From contig CAZPMS010000001.1 of assembly GCA_964588165.1 (NCBI GenBank), positions 91,303-155,302 on the forward strand: a stretch of DNA of 64,000 nucleotides. The letters run 5' to 3'. Shown piece by piece: positions 19,646 through 28,801 of this stretch. The translations under genes were made by a program, and so were the position numbers. Positions within the stretch are counted from its first letter, which is position 1. Each line of letters starts with the position of its first letter. Source of the stretch: an uncultured Gammaproteobacteria bacterium. Its GTDB lineage: Bacteria; Patescibacteriota; Patescibacteriia; UBA1558; UBA10009. Under the pieces are notes generated by a model. The model did no database searches and was not told the origin of the DNA. It saw nothing but the letters and a program-made list of their open reading frames with translations.

Positions 19646-19720
19646 TGGTACCGCTACGGGGAATTGAACCCCGATTACCAGGTTGAGAACCTGGCGTCCT
19701 AACCATTAGACGATAGCGGC
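19646..19720 (-). tRNA. tRNA-Glu (anticodon CTC), CCA encoded
   Basis: GCCGCTATCGTCTAATGGTTAGGACGCCAGGTTCTCAACCTGGTAATCGGGGTTCAATTCCCCGTAGCGGTACCA cloverleaf. Confidence 0.96.
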
Positions 19721-19762
19721 TTGAATGTCCCCACCTCTTCGGCGGGTTGCCGAGGAGGCAAC

Positions 19763-21037
19763 TTATTTATTTAGCCAAATACCAGTTTGGCGGACAAGTA
19801 AATCTTTTGCCTTTAACGGCTCGGCCATTAGTTCTTTAACAATTTGCTCCATCCTAGCACCCTGTGAACCTTTGATCAAGGCTATATCGCCCGTTTTAAT
19901 TTTGTTTTGAATAAAACTGCCGGCTTCTTTATTATTACTAAAATAAAAAGTTTTTTCTTCAGGATAACCAGCATCAATAGCCCCGCGGATAATGTCGCGT
20001 GACATTTCGCCTACAGCAACTAACATATCTAAATTAACTTCCGCTGACTTTTTACCCACTTCTCTATGGCCTTCTTCTGTATAACTGCCTAACTCCAACA
20101 TTTTACCAAACACCGCTATTTTTTTATTTGAAGACGGAAATTGATTTAAAACATCCAAAGCTGCCTTAGCAGCAGCCGGTGATGAATTGTAGCTATCATC
20201 AATTAGTAAAGTATCTTTAATGCCTTTAATTAAATTGGTTCTGCCTTTGGGCGGACGGTACTTGGCCAGATCATCAATAATTTCTAAAAGATTATTGCCC
20301 AAGCTAAAACTTATGGCCATAGCCGGCAGTACCGCATAAATCTGTTGCTTGCCAAAAATATTTGGCAGATAGACCGGAATATCTTGATTGGCCTGATGAA
20401 GTTTAAATAAAGTACCGAATGAATTAGCTTTGGATACTATTTTAAAATCGCCGGCCTTAAACTCAGCTGATTCAGAAAAACCATAAGTAATTACCTTGCC
20501 TTTTATTTGATTTTTATTTTGGTTTATTTTTTCATCATCAATATTAATAATGGCAATCTTGCTGTCATCTTCAAACTTCCTGAATAATGACAATTTTTCG
20601 GCCGTGATTTTTTCTATATCGCCAAAAAATTCCAAATGGACTTTGCTAATGCCCGTAAGCACGCCAATATCAACCGGCACAAAACCGGTTAAATATTTAA
20701 TGTCGCCAACTTTTTCTGCTCCCATTTCTAAAACTAATATTTCCGGATATTCTTTTTTGCTGATTATTAGGCTAAAACCTTTTAAAAATATTCCCAGCCA
20801 TTTAAAAATTGACCGGCCGCCAGTATCTGTACCTAAAATAGTTAAAGGCACGCCGATTTCGTTATTATAATTACCATAACTACGCCTGACGTTTTTACTG
20901 CCTCTTAAAACAGCATAAATAGCTTCTTTAGCGCTGGTTTTGCCCAAACTGCCGGTTATGGCAATTATAAAAGGCCGGTATTTTTTAAGTACCTTTTTAG
21001 ACAATAATTTAAGAAAATAGTGTAATAATTTCTTCAT
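19763..21037 (-). CDS. murF: UDP-MurNAc-tripeptide--D-Ala-D-Ala ligase
   Basis: 'AITGSLGKTSAKE', 'NNEIGVPLT', 'DDSYNSSP', 'MLELG', 'KGSQG.RME'. Confidence 0.93.
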   Translation of the reverse strand: MKKLLHYFLKLLSKKVLKKYRPFIIAITGSLGKTSAKEAIYAVLRGSKNVRRSYGNYNNEIGVPLTILGTDTGGRSIFKWLGIFLKGFSLIISKKEYPEILVLEMGAEKVGDIKYLTGFVPVDIGVLTGISKVHLEFFGDIEKITAEKLSLFRKFEDDSKIAIINIDDEKINQNKNQIKGKVITYGFSESAEFKAGDFKIVSKANSFGTLFKLHQANQDIPVYLPNIFGKQQIYAVLPAMAISFSLGNNLLEIIDDLAKYRPPKGRTNLIKGIKDTLLIDDSYNSSPAAAKAALDVLNQFPSSNKKIAVFGKMLELGSYTEEGHREVGKKSAEVNLDMLVAVGEMSRDIIRGAIDAGYPEEKTFYFSNNKEAGSFIQNKIKTGDIALIKGSQGARMEQIVKELMAEPLKAKDLLVRQTGIWLNK

Positions 21038-21145
21038 ATAAAAAATCTTCTAGTCTTTAAATCTTACAATCTTTAACAACTATTTTCAAGACTAAAAGAT
21101 TGCCTACTCGCTATCTGCCTCGCCGACAGGCGGGCCGACTACCAG

Positions 21146-22900
21146 CTACTGATTAACATCATACGATGGTGGTACTTTGAGATAATTAAGTAAAAATTGG
21201 GAAATTTCACCAAACAGCGGTGCGGCCGAAGAAGCGGCAAATTCCACGCTTCTTGGGTGATCAAGTTTAACCAACATAACAAATTTAGGATCTTCTATTG
21301 GCGCAAAGCCCACAAAGGAATGGATGGTCCTATCAGTTGAATACTTGCCGGTTTCCAAATCTGCAACTTGGGCTGTTCCGGTTTTTCCCGCAATATAATA
21401 ACCTGGCACACCGGCATTTTGTGCATGTCCGTATTTAACAACCGATGCCAGCATAGCTGACAAGGTATCGGCAGTTTTCTTTAAAATAATTTGTTTTAAA
21501 AATTCCGGCTGGGTTTTATTAACTTTGCCGCCCGGTTCCCTTACTTCATCTATAATATAAGGCTTCATTAGCTTGCCGCCGTTGGCAATGGCTCCAAAAG
21601 CTTTTATTATCTGGATTGGCGTGGCAGTTATTCCTTGCCCATAAGAAGCTGTAGCCATAAATATTTCTTTTTTCCATTTTAAAGAAGAAATATCACCTTT
21701 ATTTTCTGAATTAAGCTTAATTCCGGTTTCTTCCCCCAAACCAAAACGCTGATAATAATTATAAAATAAATCCGGCCCTACAGACCGGGCTGCAAAAATT
21801 GCTCCAGTATTTAATGACTCTTCCAAAACCTGAGTCATATTTTTAATGCCGTGGGCTTCACCATCGGAGTTTCTGATAGTGTAGCCGGCAATTTCTACAC
21901 TGCCTGTATCTTCATAAGTAGTCATTGGCGTTACCGCTCCTGTATCCAAGGCGGCCGCCATAGTTAAAGCTTTAAACATAGAACCCGGCTCATATGGTTC
22001 AAAAATAGTATTGTTGTTATAAACACCATAATTTTCCACTTCATTATAAATATTAGGATCAAAGCTGGGATAATTACACATGGCCAAAATGGCTCCGCTT
22101 TTAGGATCCATAATTATTACAGAACCGTTATCGGCACCATGTTTTAAAACTGTGGTTTTTAAAGAACTGCATGCTGTAAACTGGATAGACCTATCTAAAG
22201 TTAAAATAATATCTGTACCGTTTTGCTCTTCGGCTTTTACTCTTCTGGCTAACGGTATTAATCTGCCAACTGCGTCTCTTTCAAAAGTAAACATGCCTTT
22301 TTCTCCAGCCAGTTCTTTTTGCCAGAAGCCCTCTATACCGTACATGCCTGTTAAATCATCTCCCTTGTATCCAACAAAGCCTAAAACCTGTCCGGTAACT
22401 TCACCTTCTGGGTAGTAGCGATATATTTCTTCTTCAAATCTAATGCCCGGCAGTTCTAAAATTTCTATCTCTGCTTTTTTATCTTCATCAAGCTTATGCT
22501 TTAGGGGTTCGTACAAATCATTTTCTTTGGCTAAACGGTTATATAAAATCTCTTCATCCATTTCTAAAATTGGCGCCAGCAACTTAGAAGTTTTTACGGG
22601 GTTTTCAACATGGTCTGGCACTGCAAACGCTAAGTAATATTTTTTATTTACAGCCACCGGATAAAGCGTATTTTCTTCGGCTGAATAATCGTGAATATAA
22701 ATTTCTCCCCTATCGGGTATTAATTCCTTTTGGGCCAAATGCTGTGCTTCGGCCATTTGGCTATATTTAAAATAATCTATTATTTGGAGCTTGAATAATT
22801 TAATTCCAATAAAACCGGCAAACAAAAAAATGACTACCGAAAGAATAGTCAACCTATCAGCTGAAAACAGCCAAAAATTTTGCTTATGATATCGATTCAT
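21146..22900 (-). CDS. ftsI: Class B penicillin-binding protein (FtsI/PBP2 family)
   Basis: 'EPGSMFK' SxxK, 'SLN' SxN, 'GKTGTAQ'; dcw context. Confidence 0.88.
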   Translation of the reverse strand: MNRYHKQNFWLFSADRLTILSVVIFLFAGFIGIKLFKLQIIDYFKYSQMAEAQHLAQKELIPDRGEIYIHDYSAEENTLYPVAVNKKYYLAFAVPDHVENPVKTSKLLAPILEMDEEILYNRLAKENDLYEPLKHKLDEDKKAEIEILELPGIRFEEEIYRYYPEGEVTGQVLGFVGYKGDDLTGMYGIEGFWQKELAGEKGMFTFERDAVGRLIPLARRVKAEEQNGTDIILTLDRSIQFTACSSLKTTVLKHGADNGSVIIMDPKSGAILAMCNYPSFDPNIYNEVENYGVYNNNTIFEPYEPGSMFKALTMAAALDTGAVTPMTTYEDTGSVEIAGYTIRNSDGEAHGIKNMTQVLEESLNTGAIFAARSVGPDLFYNYYQRFGLGEETGIKLNSENKGDISSLKWKKEIFMATASYGQGITATPIQIIKAFGAIANGGKLMKPYIIDEVREPGGKVNKTQPEFLKQIILKKTADTLSAMLASVVKYGHAQNAGVPGYYIAGKTGTAQVADLETGKYSTDRTIHSFVGFAPIEDPKFVMLVKLDHPRSVEFAASSAAPLFGEISQFLLNYLKVPPSYDVNQ

Positions 22901-22919
22901 AACAAATTGCTTGAAAAAA

Positions 22920-23243
22920 TTATTCTCTCACCGCCAATGTTTCCTCAGCCGGTAAAATATATTCGTAAGTTTCGGCCTGAACCATAGAAAGTTCTAAACT
23001 GCTGATTGATTCAATCCGCTGCATCGATTGCAGTTGAGTGGCTTGGTTTTCTAAATCCCTATACTGATCCCGCAGTTCCGAAATTTTAACCTGCATTTCC
23101 CCCATTTCAATCCCCATGGTATTGGTATGATTAACAATAACCAGATAGGATAAAATAGAAAGCAAACCTAAGCCAAAAATTATAAATTTTAAATTGGTAA
23201 AAAAGCTTGAATCTATAGTTTTTATTTTTGTTTTCGTTAACAT
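22920..23243 (-). CDS. FtsL-like cell division protein
   Basis: Single TM + coiled coil, between rsmH and ftsI. Confidence 0.7.
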   Translation of the reverse strand: MLTKTKIKTIDSSFFTNLKFIIFGLGLLSILSYLVIVNHTNTMGIEMGEMQVKISELRDQYRDLENQATQLQSMQRIESISSLELSMVQAETYEYILPAEETLAVRE

Positions 23244-23357
23244 TTTATATTAATAATTGATAACTAATGATTAATAATTTATGATTAATGAATGATGATT
23301 GATTAGTATCTGCGAATTATCCGCAAGCCATCTGTGAACCTATCTGCGATATCTGCG

Positions 23358-24356
23358 TTATATTTTTTCCGCCACTCTCATTTTGGCGCTCCTGGATCTG
23401 GGATTTGCTTCCACTTCTTTATCCGTTGGCACGATTGGTTTTTTTGTTAGAATTTTAATTGATTTTTTATGGTTGCATTTGCAAATTGGGAATTCCTTTG
23501 GGCAATGGCAATCTTTTGCTTGGTATTTAAAAAATTCTTTAACAATTTTGTCTTCCAAAGAATGGTAGCTGATAACCACTAGCCTGCCGCCTGATTCTAT
23601 AGAAGCTAACAAATTCGGCAAAGACTCTTTTAAATTTTCCAGTTCATTATTAACGGCTATCCTTAAGGCTTGAAAAACCTTAGTTGCCGGATGAATCATT
23701 CGGCGTCCTTTGTGCCTATCTAGCTGACCTCGGAAAACCTGATTAACAATATTAACTAGGTCCGAGGTCAGCTCAATCGGCTTTCTCGCTCGAAAGAGAA
23801 TAATTTCTCCGGCAATTACGCGAGCCCTTGGCTCCTGCCCGTATTCTTTAAAAATTTTAATGAGCTTTTCTTTTGGCCATGTATTTAGAATTTCGGCCGC
23901 AGTTAAATCACCGTCCGGGCCAAAACGCATGTCTAATTTTTTATCCGTTTGAAAAGAAAATCCTCTGTCGTCTTCTGGTGCGACCTGAGCTGAAGATATG
24001 CCAAGGTCAAGTAGAAGACCGCTAAAGTGTAAATTAAATTTTTGTTCATAAATTTTTTTGTTTTTACCTGCCTGCGACTCAACTAAGCTCGTCGAAGTCC
24101 GATGAGGTAGGTTTTTATATGAATCTAATACTAATAAAACCCTATCCGAAAATTCGGATAAGTTTTTTTTGGCCGCTTTTATGGCCTTGGGATCTCTATC
24201 GAGACCCAGAAGATGTCCTTTGGGTGAGGTCTTTTTCAAAATCGCTTTAGCGTGTCCGCCGCCGCCTATAGTAGCATCTATAAAATTCTGGTTAGGCTGC
24301 GTGTTTAAATATTCAATTACTTCTTCAAGTAAAACTGGTTTATGAAAATAATCCAT
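23358..24356 (-). CDS. rsmH: 16S rRNA m4C1402 methyltransferase
   Basis: 'HKPVLLEE', 'DATIGGGGH', 'HPATKVFQALRIAVN', 'SYHSLED', 'NPRSRSAK'. Confidence 0.97.
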   Translation of the reverse strand: MDYFHKPVLLEEVIEYLNTQPNQNFIDATIGGGGHAKAILKKTSPKGHLLGLDRDPKAIKAAKKNLSEFSDRVLLVLDSYKNLPHRTSTSLVESQAGKNKKIYEQKFNLHFSGLLLDLGISSAQVAPEDDRGFSFQTDKKLDMRFGPDGDLTAAEILNTWPKEKLIKIFKEYGQEPRARVIAGEIILFRARKPIELTSDLVNIVNQVFRGQLDRHKGRRMIHPATKVFQALRIAVNNELENLKESLPNLLASIESGGRLVVISYHSLEDKIVKEFFKYQAKDCHCPKEFPICKCNHKKSIKILTKKPIVPTDKEVEANPRSRSAKMRVAEKI

Positions 24357-24368
24357 GAATTAGTTTTA

Positions 24369-24460
24369 GTTAATTGGTTTAGAAGCTTGTTAGGTTTTAG
24401 TTTGTGGGCTTGGAACTAAACCCTTACCTAAGCCATAACTAGCCTCCATACCCAAACCTA
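24369..24460 (-). repeat. ~92-bp dispersed repeat, copy 1
   Basis: Reverse complement closely matches 30657-30755. Confidence 0.8.
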
Positions 24461-24889
24461 AACACCTAATTCACCAAGTGCTTCGGCAATATCTCCGGAA
24501 TCTTTTTCGGTAGTTGTTTTATATTTATTCCAAGAAACTTCATCCCAGATTTCTAAACGGTTATACAAACCGGCAATCACCACTTTCTTTTTGGTTGAAG
24601 CGTACTTCCTTAAATAATCGGGCAAGATTATTCTTCCCTGTTTGTCTAAAGAAACATCCATAGCCCCTGCCAGCATTAACCTGGAAAAAGCCCTGGTATT
24701 AGCCTGGCTGATTGGCAATTTAGAAAGCTTACTGGCCAGTTCTTGCCAATCTTTTTGAGGATATAAAAATAAGCAGTTGTCTAAACCTCTGGTTACAACT
24801 GCTCCTTTTGCTAGGGCTGTTCTAAACTTAACAGGTACTGCTAACCTGCCTTTTTCATCAATTGTGTGCTGATATTCGCCAATAAACAT
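24458..24889 (-). CDS. mraZ: Transcriptional regulator MraZ
   Basis: 'MFIGEYQHTIDEKGRL', 'LDKQGRI', 'RLEIWD'. Confidence 0.97.
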   Translation of the reverse strand: MFIGEYQHTIDEKGRLAVPVKFRTALAKGAVVTRGLDNCLFLYPQKDWQELASKLSKLPISQANTRAFSRLMLAGAMDVSLDKQGRIILPDYLRKYASTKKKVVIAGLYNRLEIWDEVSWNKYKTTTEKDSGDIAEALGELGV

Positions 24890-25066
24890 TTAATTTTATT
24901 GAATTAATAGAATTTTTATAATTTATCTGTGAGTAATCCGCGAAAATCAGTGATTGATCGGTGTTTATCTGTAAACTATCTGTGATTACTCAAAATTTAA
25001 CTTGAGCTAATCTTAGCCAAGCTTTGTTTTAAGGTTGAATGGCTTTTCCCCAGTTGACCTGCCTTA

Positions 25067-25114
25067 TCCCCACTTTTATCCACCTTTCGCCACTCTATAT
25101 CCATTATACCCCAC
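25067..25114 (-). promoter_or_regulatory. MraZ-binding GTGG repeats
   Basis: CCAC at 25070, 25080, 25090 (10-nt period) plus 25111, overlapping a minus-strand TATAAT upstream of mraZ. Confidence 0.75.
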
Positions 25115-25174
25115 TAGAATACATTAAACAACCCCAGCTATCCACAAGGATATATTATGCCATTTTTTAATAAT

Positions 25175-25236
25175 AAAAAGCCTTACCCATTTCGTAGGAA
25201 CGCGCTACGGCGCATTCGTACAGGGCAAGGCTTTTT
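25175..25236. repeat. REP-like palindrome family A
   Basis: AAAAAGCCTTACCCATTTCGTAGGAACGCGCTACGGCGCATTCGTACAGGGCAAGGCTTTTT. Confidence 0.85.
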
Positions 25237-25330
25237 GTCGTTATTGACAAAAAATCGGATAAAATGTAGTTTTAGTTATTATTTGAACATAAACAACCAA
25301 AAAAGGTTAAACAAAGATTGGAGTAAGAAG

Positions 25331-26092
25331 ATGTCGGACCAAAAGCAAGGTAACGTAGAGACTCAAACAACCCCGTTTGATGACTTCACTGAATATACCC
25401 TGTTTCGTATTCTTCATGGAGGCGATCCAATATTTCTGAATTTTGAATCACAATGCGACCTTGTACTTTCGGAATTGGAAAATCTGATCAATGGAACAGA
25501 TAGCGACGGCCCAATTCAAAATGTTTCTTGGATAGAAATCAAACTGGCCGACATGAAATACTATGACGCGCTGAATGCCCGTTATGGAAAATTATTGGAA
25601 TCTATCAACAAGCCCGTTAAGCCACCTCGGTTAGCTTACCAGGCGCTTACATCTGAATTGCCCCTTGGCTGTCTATTGCATGTTACCATGCACGCCAGTA
25701 ATTCTGAGTTGGTAATTCCGGATAGCACCATGACGTCCAATGGTATGCTATTCACACCTATAGCACTTATCAATAACGGAATCAACTGCATCCTTTCCGG
25801 ACAAGTACCCAAGATTAGTGAAGTCAAAGTAGTTTTCAAGGATCCATTTAAACAATTTAAACAGGCATTAAGCCATACTGAAACCCTACTCGGTCAGGCC
25901 GACAAAAAGCTGAAAGATGTTACCAAACTAACCGTTTTATTAACGAGCAGAGGCTGGACAAGCTATGAAGCCATCGAACAGCTTTGTTCGAAGGTCATCA
26001 ACTTTTCTGGTCATGATATTCACCGACTGGAATTTGTCCTAGTTGAAGGTCTTCCATTTGAAGCTGATGTAGAAATTGTGGCAGTTGTTTAA
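25331..26092 (+). CDS. Divergent tandem Rid/YjgF-like protein (orphan cassette)
   Basis: Two Rid-type C-terminal signatures 'PPRLAYQ...LPLGCLLHVTMHA' and 'VEGLPFEADVEIVAVV', plus 'LSGQVP'; SD GGAG before MSDQK. Confidence 0.6.
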   Translation: MSDQKQGNVETQTTPFDDFTEYTLFRILHGGDPIFLNFESQCDLVLSELENLINGTDSDGPIQNVSWIEIKLADMKYYDALNARYGKLLESINKPVKPPRLAYQALTSELPLGCLLHVTMHASNSELVIPDSTMTSNGMLFTPIALINNGINCILSGQVPKISEVKVVFKDPFKQFKQALSHTETLLGQADKKLKDVTKLTVLLTSRGWTSYEAIEQLCSKVINFSGHDIHRLEFVLVEGLPFEADVEIVAVV

Positions 26093-26229
26093 CCTAACCT
26101 TTCAGTCCCCTTCTTTTTATAAGAGGGGGTTTTTATTTTACTCTTTGTTATTGGCAACGAGGTTGACAAATTTTTTTAGAAATTGTAATTTAAAATATCG
26201 TTTAGCACCTTAACAAAGGAGTGATTAAA

Positions 26230-26883
26230 ATGGCTGATGTCTGGATAAAGTCACATGCCTTTGATGGAATGTTTCATCTAAAAGACGGGCGAGCTGCTAA
26301 GCCATTTTTGGGCACAGAATCGATCCATGACATAGTAAACATGGTAGCCGCAATTAATTGCAACGAGGAAAGCGTTGCTTCTGTAGAAGTAGACGGCAAA
26401 GAGGTTTCTACTGACCCAAACAATTGGCATAAAATTACTTGTTTCAAACAAATAATTATTACTGTAGAAAAAAACCAAGTAATTGTTAAAAATGGCTTAA
26501 ATAACCTATTGCCGGAAATAAATTCAGTAACTATAAATTTTGAAAGCCTGATTGGCGTATCTCTAAAGGATCAGGCCAAAGAAATACCCAAATCAATTAG
26601 AACAAATCTTGTAAAAATAAGACGAATTGTAAACACGGTTACCACTACTTTAGCTGTTCTGGATATAGGTGCTGATACAGTCATCGTCAACAAAAACAGC
26701 CTGATAAAACTCTACGAATCGATTATTACCCACTTTAGTGAAATTAATATCCTTCTGGGGTTAAAGGACTTTGATCAGGTAAAATTGATAATAGCGGACA
26801 ACCTGCTGGTTGACCTAAAGACCCTTCCCCTGTTCATCAAAGAGTTACTGAAGATTAACGAAAAAACACATTCCCACAAATAG
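26230..26883 (+). CDS. Orphan hypothetical protein (cassette)
   Basis: TTGACA at 26163, GCACCTTAACA, SD AAGGAG, terminator 26891-26918. Confidence 0.7.
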   Translation: MADVWIKSHAFDGMFHLKDGRAAKPFLGTESIHDIVNMVAAINCNEESVASVEVDGKEVSTDPNNWHKITCFKQIIITVEKNQVIVKNGLNNLLPEINSVTINFESLIGVSLKDQAKEIPKSIRTNLVKIRRIVNTVTTTLAVLDIGADTVIVNKNSLIKLYESIITHFSEINILLGLKDFDQVKLIIADNLLVDLKTLPLFIKELLKINEKTHSHK

Positions 26884-26926
26884 CTCCCTTGCCCTTCTTT
26901 ATAAAAAGAAGGGTTTTTATTTGATC

Positions 26927-27003
26927 AAAAAAAGCCTTGCACCTCCCCTTGGATCCCCTCCTTTAAAAGGAGGGGAAATAGGGGTGGTAGGTGCAAGGCT
27001 TTT
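26927..27003. repeat. REP-like family B (CCCCTCCTTTAAAAGGAGGGG) inside an AAAAGCCTTG...CAAGGCTTTT stem
   Basis: Inverted near-copy at 57669-57745. Confidence 0.8.
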
Positions 27004-27163
27004 ATTTTTCTTTATTCTCTTTGGACTTTTGAAATGCTTTAAAAACTACCAACAGTAAGCCACCTAAAGTTATAAGTTTAAGGAAGTGGTTAAAAAATCC
27101 TCCCTTTTTTCCCCGTCCCGAGCTTGTCGAGGGATCCCTCTTTTCTTCTTCGTGATATGGCAT
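27002..27163 (-). CDS. Small single-TM protein (53 aa), not in ORF track
   Basis: MPYHEEEKRDPSTSSGRGKKGGFFNHFLKLITLGGLLLVVFKAFQKSKENKEK; PSTSSG is encoded by a REP-like hairpin. Confidence 0.45.
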   Translation of the reverse strand: MPYHEEEKRDPSTSSGRGKKGGFFNHFLKLITLGGLLLVVFKAFQKSKENKEK

Positions 27164-27262
27164 ATTTATTGATTATTAATGATTAATAAATAATGAATAA
27201 TTATTTTAATTTTTTTTTCTGATTCAATATTTTATTCATACAAATTACTTATTTTGCGTTCT

Positions 27263-27736
27263 TTACGTTTTAGCGCTCGTTATATTCGGTTCCTTGCCGT
27301 ATTTTGGCACAACTGGCTTAAAATCTCCAGTCTTATAATCTTTTAGTCTTTCCCGCTCCGCCGCCCGCCTTGACGCGAGGCAGGTAGTTTTAGCGAGGCG
27401 AGTAGTCTTCTCCTTTAAAACCTTAATCAATTTCTCATCACTTTCTGCTTCATTAACGCTAACTTCAACCACCGGCACCTTCAAACTCCAAGCTAAAGAA
27501 TTGGCTGTAGAAATACCAATCCTTAAAGCACTAAAAGCTCCTGGGCCGGAAACAACTGCAACAAATCGTGTATTGTGTATCGTGTATCCTTTACTAAACA
27601 ATTCATTAATCATTTTTAACAGCAGTTCCGACTGCCTATACTCTTCCCTATTTTCTGATTGATTGATGATTTTATCACCTTTAATCAACTTAACCTGAAT
27701 TAAATCAGTTTGAGATGTATTAATAAATAATATCAT
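27263..27736 (-). CDS. tsaB: tRNA t6A biosynthesis protein TsaB (short form)
   Basis: 'ILFINTS', 'VAVVSGPGAFSALRIG', 'VVPKYGKEPNIT'. Confidence 0.88.
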   Translation of the reverse strand: MILFINTSQTDLIQVKLIKGDKIINQSENREEYRQSELLLKMINELFSKGYTIHNTRFVAVVSGPGAFSALRIGISTANSLAWSLKVPVVEVSVNEAESDEKLIKVLKEKTTRLAKTTCLASRRAAERERLKDYKTGDFKPVVPKYGKEPNITSAKT

Positions 27737-27757
27737 AATTAAAAAAATATCTGCGAG

Positions 27758-28687
27758 TTATCTGCGAGTTATCTGCGAACCATCAGCGATATCAGCCCCT
27801 CTTAACCTAGCAACCTTATAAATAGCATAACCTAAAACTATAGCCCCTAACCACTGGGCCCAAGAAAGCATATTTCCTCTTAACAAATATTCAAACAGAA
27901 TTGCGGAAAGTGGAAAAGCCATTTCTAAAATTGTAGAAGCTGAAGCTGTAACCCGCTTTAAGCCGTAATAATATAAAAAGATAGCCAAACCGCCGGAAGA
28001 AAAAACAATTATCAAAAAAGTTATTAGCTGATGAACAGTTATTTGATTAACTGCCTGCATGCTTCCTGTGCCTAAAACCACCAACAGCATAATAACTGTG
28101 GTTACGCCGAACCTTAAATAAGTTCCCACTCTAAAATTAATTGCCCGTAGCGCTCGTTTGCCAAAAACGGTAGATGAACCAAAAGAAAAAGCGGCAATCA
28201 ATGAAAACAGGGCAGCCATAGCAGTTTTATCACCGGTTGATAAATTAGGCAGATCAACGCCAAAGGTTACAAAGTAACCGCCGATTATTGCCATTGTTGC
28301 CCAGACAAAAAACTTTTTAGGCAGTTTTTCTTTTAAAACCAGCCAAGCTAAAAAGATGGCAAAAACAGGCTGAAATTTTTGTAACAAGATGACAATTGAT
28401 AAATTGACAAAATGAACATAAAAAAGTGCTTTGGTAATAGCCATAGTGCCAATTGCTCCGCCAAATATGGCTATCCAAACAAATGATCCCCACTCCGCTT
28501 TTTTTAATTTTTTAACTTCTTTAAATTCCTTTATTAAAAACGGCAGCATTATTAAAAAAGCCAAGGCGTGTTCTACAAAAACTACTAAAGGAACGGGCAA
28601 ACTATAAAGTGATGGCCTTAGAACAATACCGTCTAAGCCCCAAAGTACGGCGGCAATGATAATAAATAATGGTGCCAGTTTTTTCAT
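27758..28687 (-). CDS. EamA/DMT family transporter
   Basis: 10 TM in two EamA repeats; 'LLQKFQPVFAIFLAWLVLKE'. Confidence 0.92.
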   Translation of the reverse strand: MKKLAPLFIIIAAVLWGLDGIVLRPSLYSLPVPLVVFVEHALAFLIMLPFLIKEFKEVKKLKKAEWGSFVWIAIFGGAIGTMAITKALFYVHFVNLSIVILLQKFQPVFAIFLAWLVLKEKLPKKFFVWATMAIIGGYFVTFGVDLPNLSTGDKTAMAALFSLIAAFSFGSSTVFGKRALRAINFRVGTYLRFGVTTVIMLLVVLGTGSMQAVNQITVHQLITFLIIVFSSGGLAIFLYYYGLKRVTASASTILEMAFPLSAILFEYLLRGNMLSWAQWLGAIVLGYAIYKVARLRGADIADGSQITRR

Positions 28688-28801
28688 AAATTGATGATTA
28701 ATGATTAATAAATGATGATTGCCCGCCTGCCGGCGAGGCAGGATGACTTTTTATCTGTGAGTTATTTGCGAAGCATCTGCGGCTCATTAGCGTTATCCGC
28801 G

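Noticed and set aside
19646-19720. tRNA-Glu as an integration site for an island
   Set aside because: No duplicated tRNA 3' end or integrase seen; the flanking genes (M23 peptidase, murF) are core.
25157-25330. N-terminal extension of the 311-aa ORF
   Set aside because: It runs through a REP palindrome and the TTGACA promoter; the SD-supported start is 25331.
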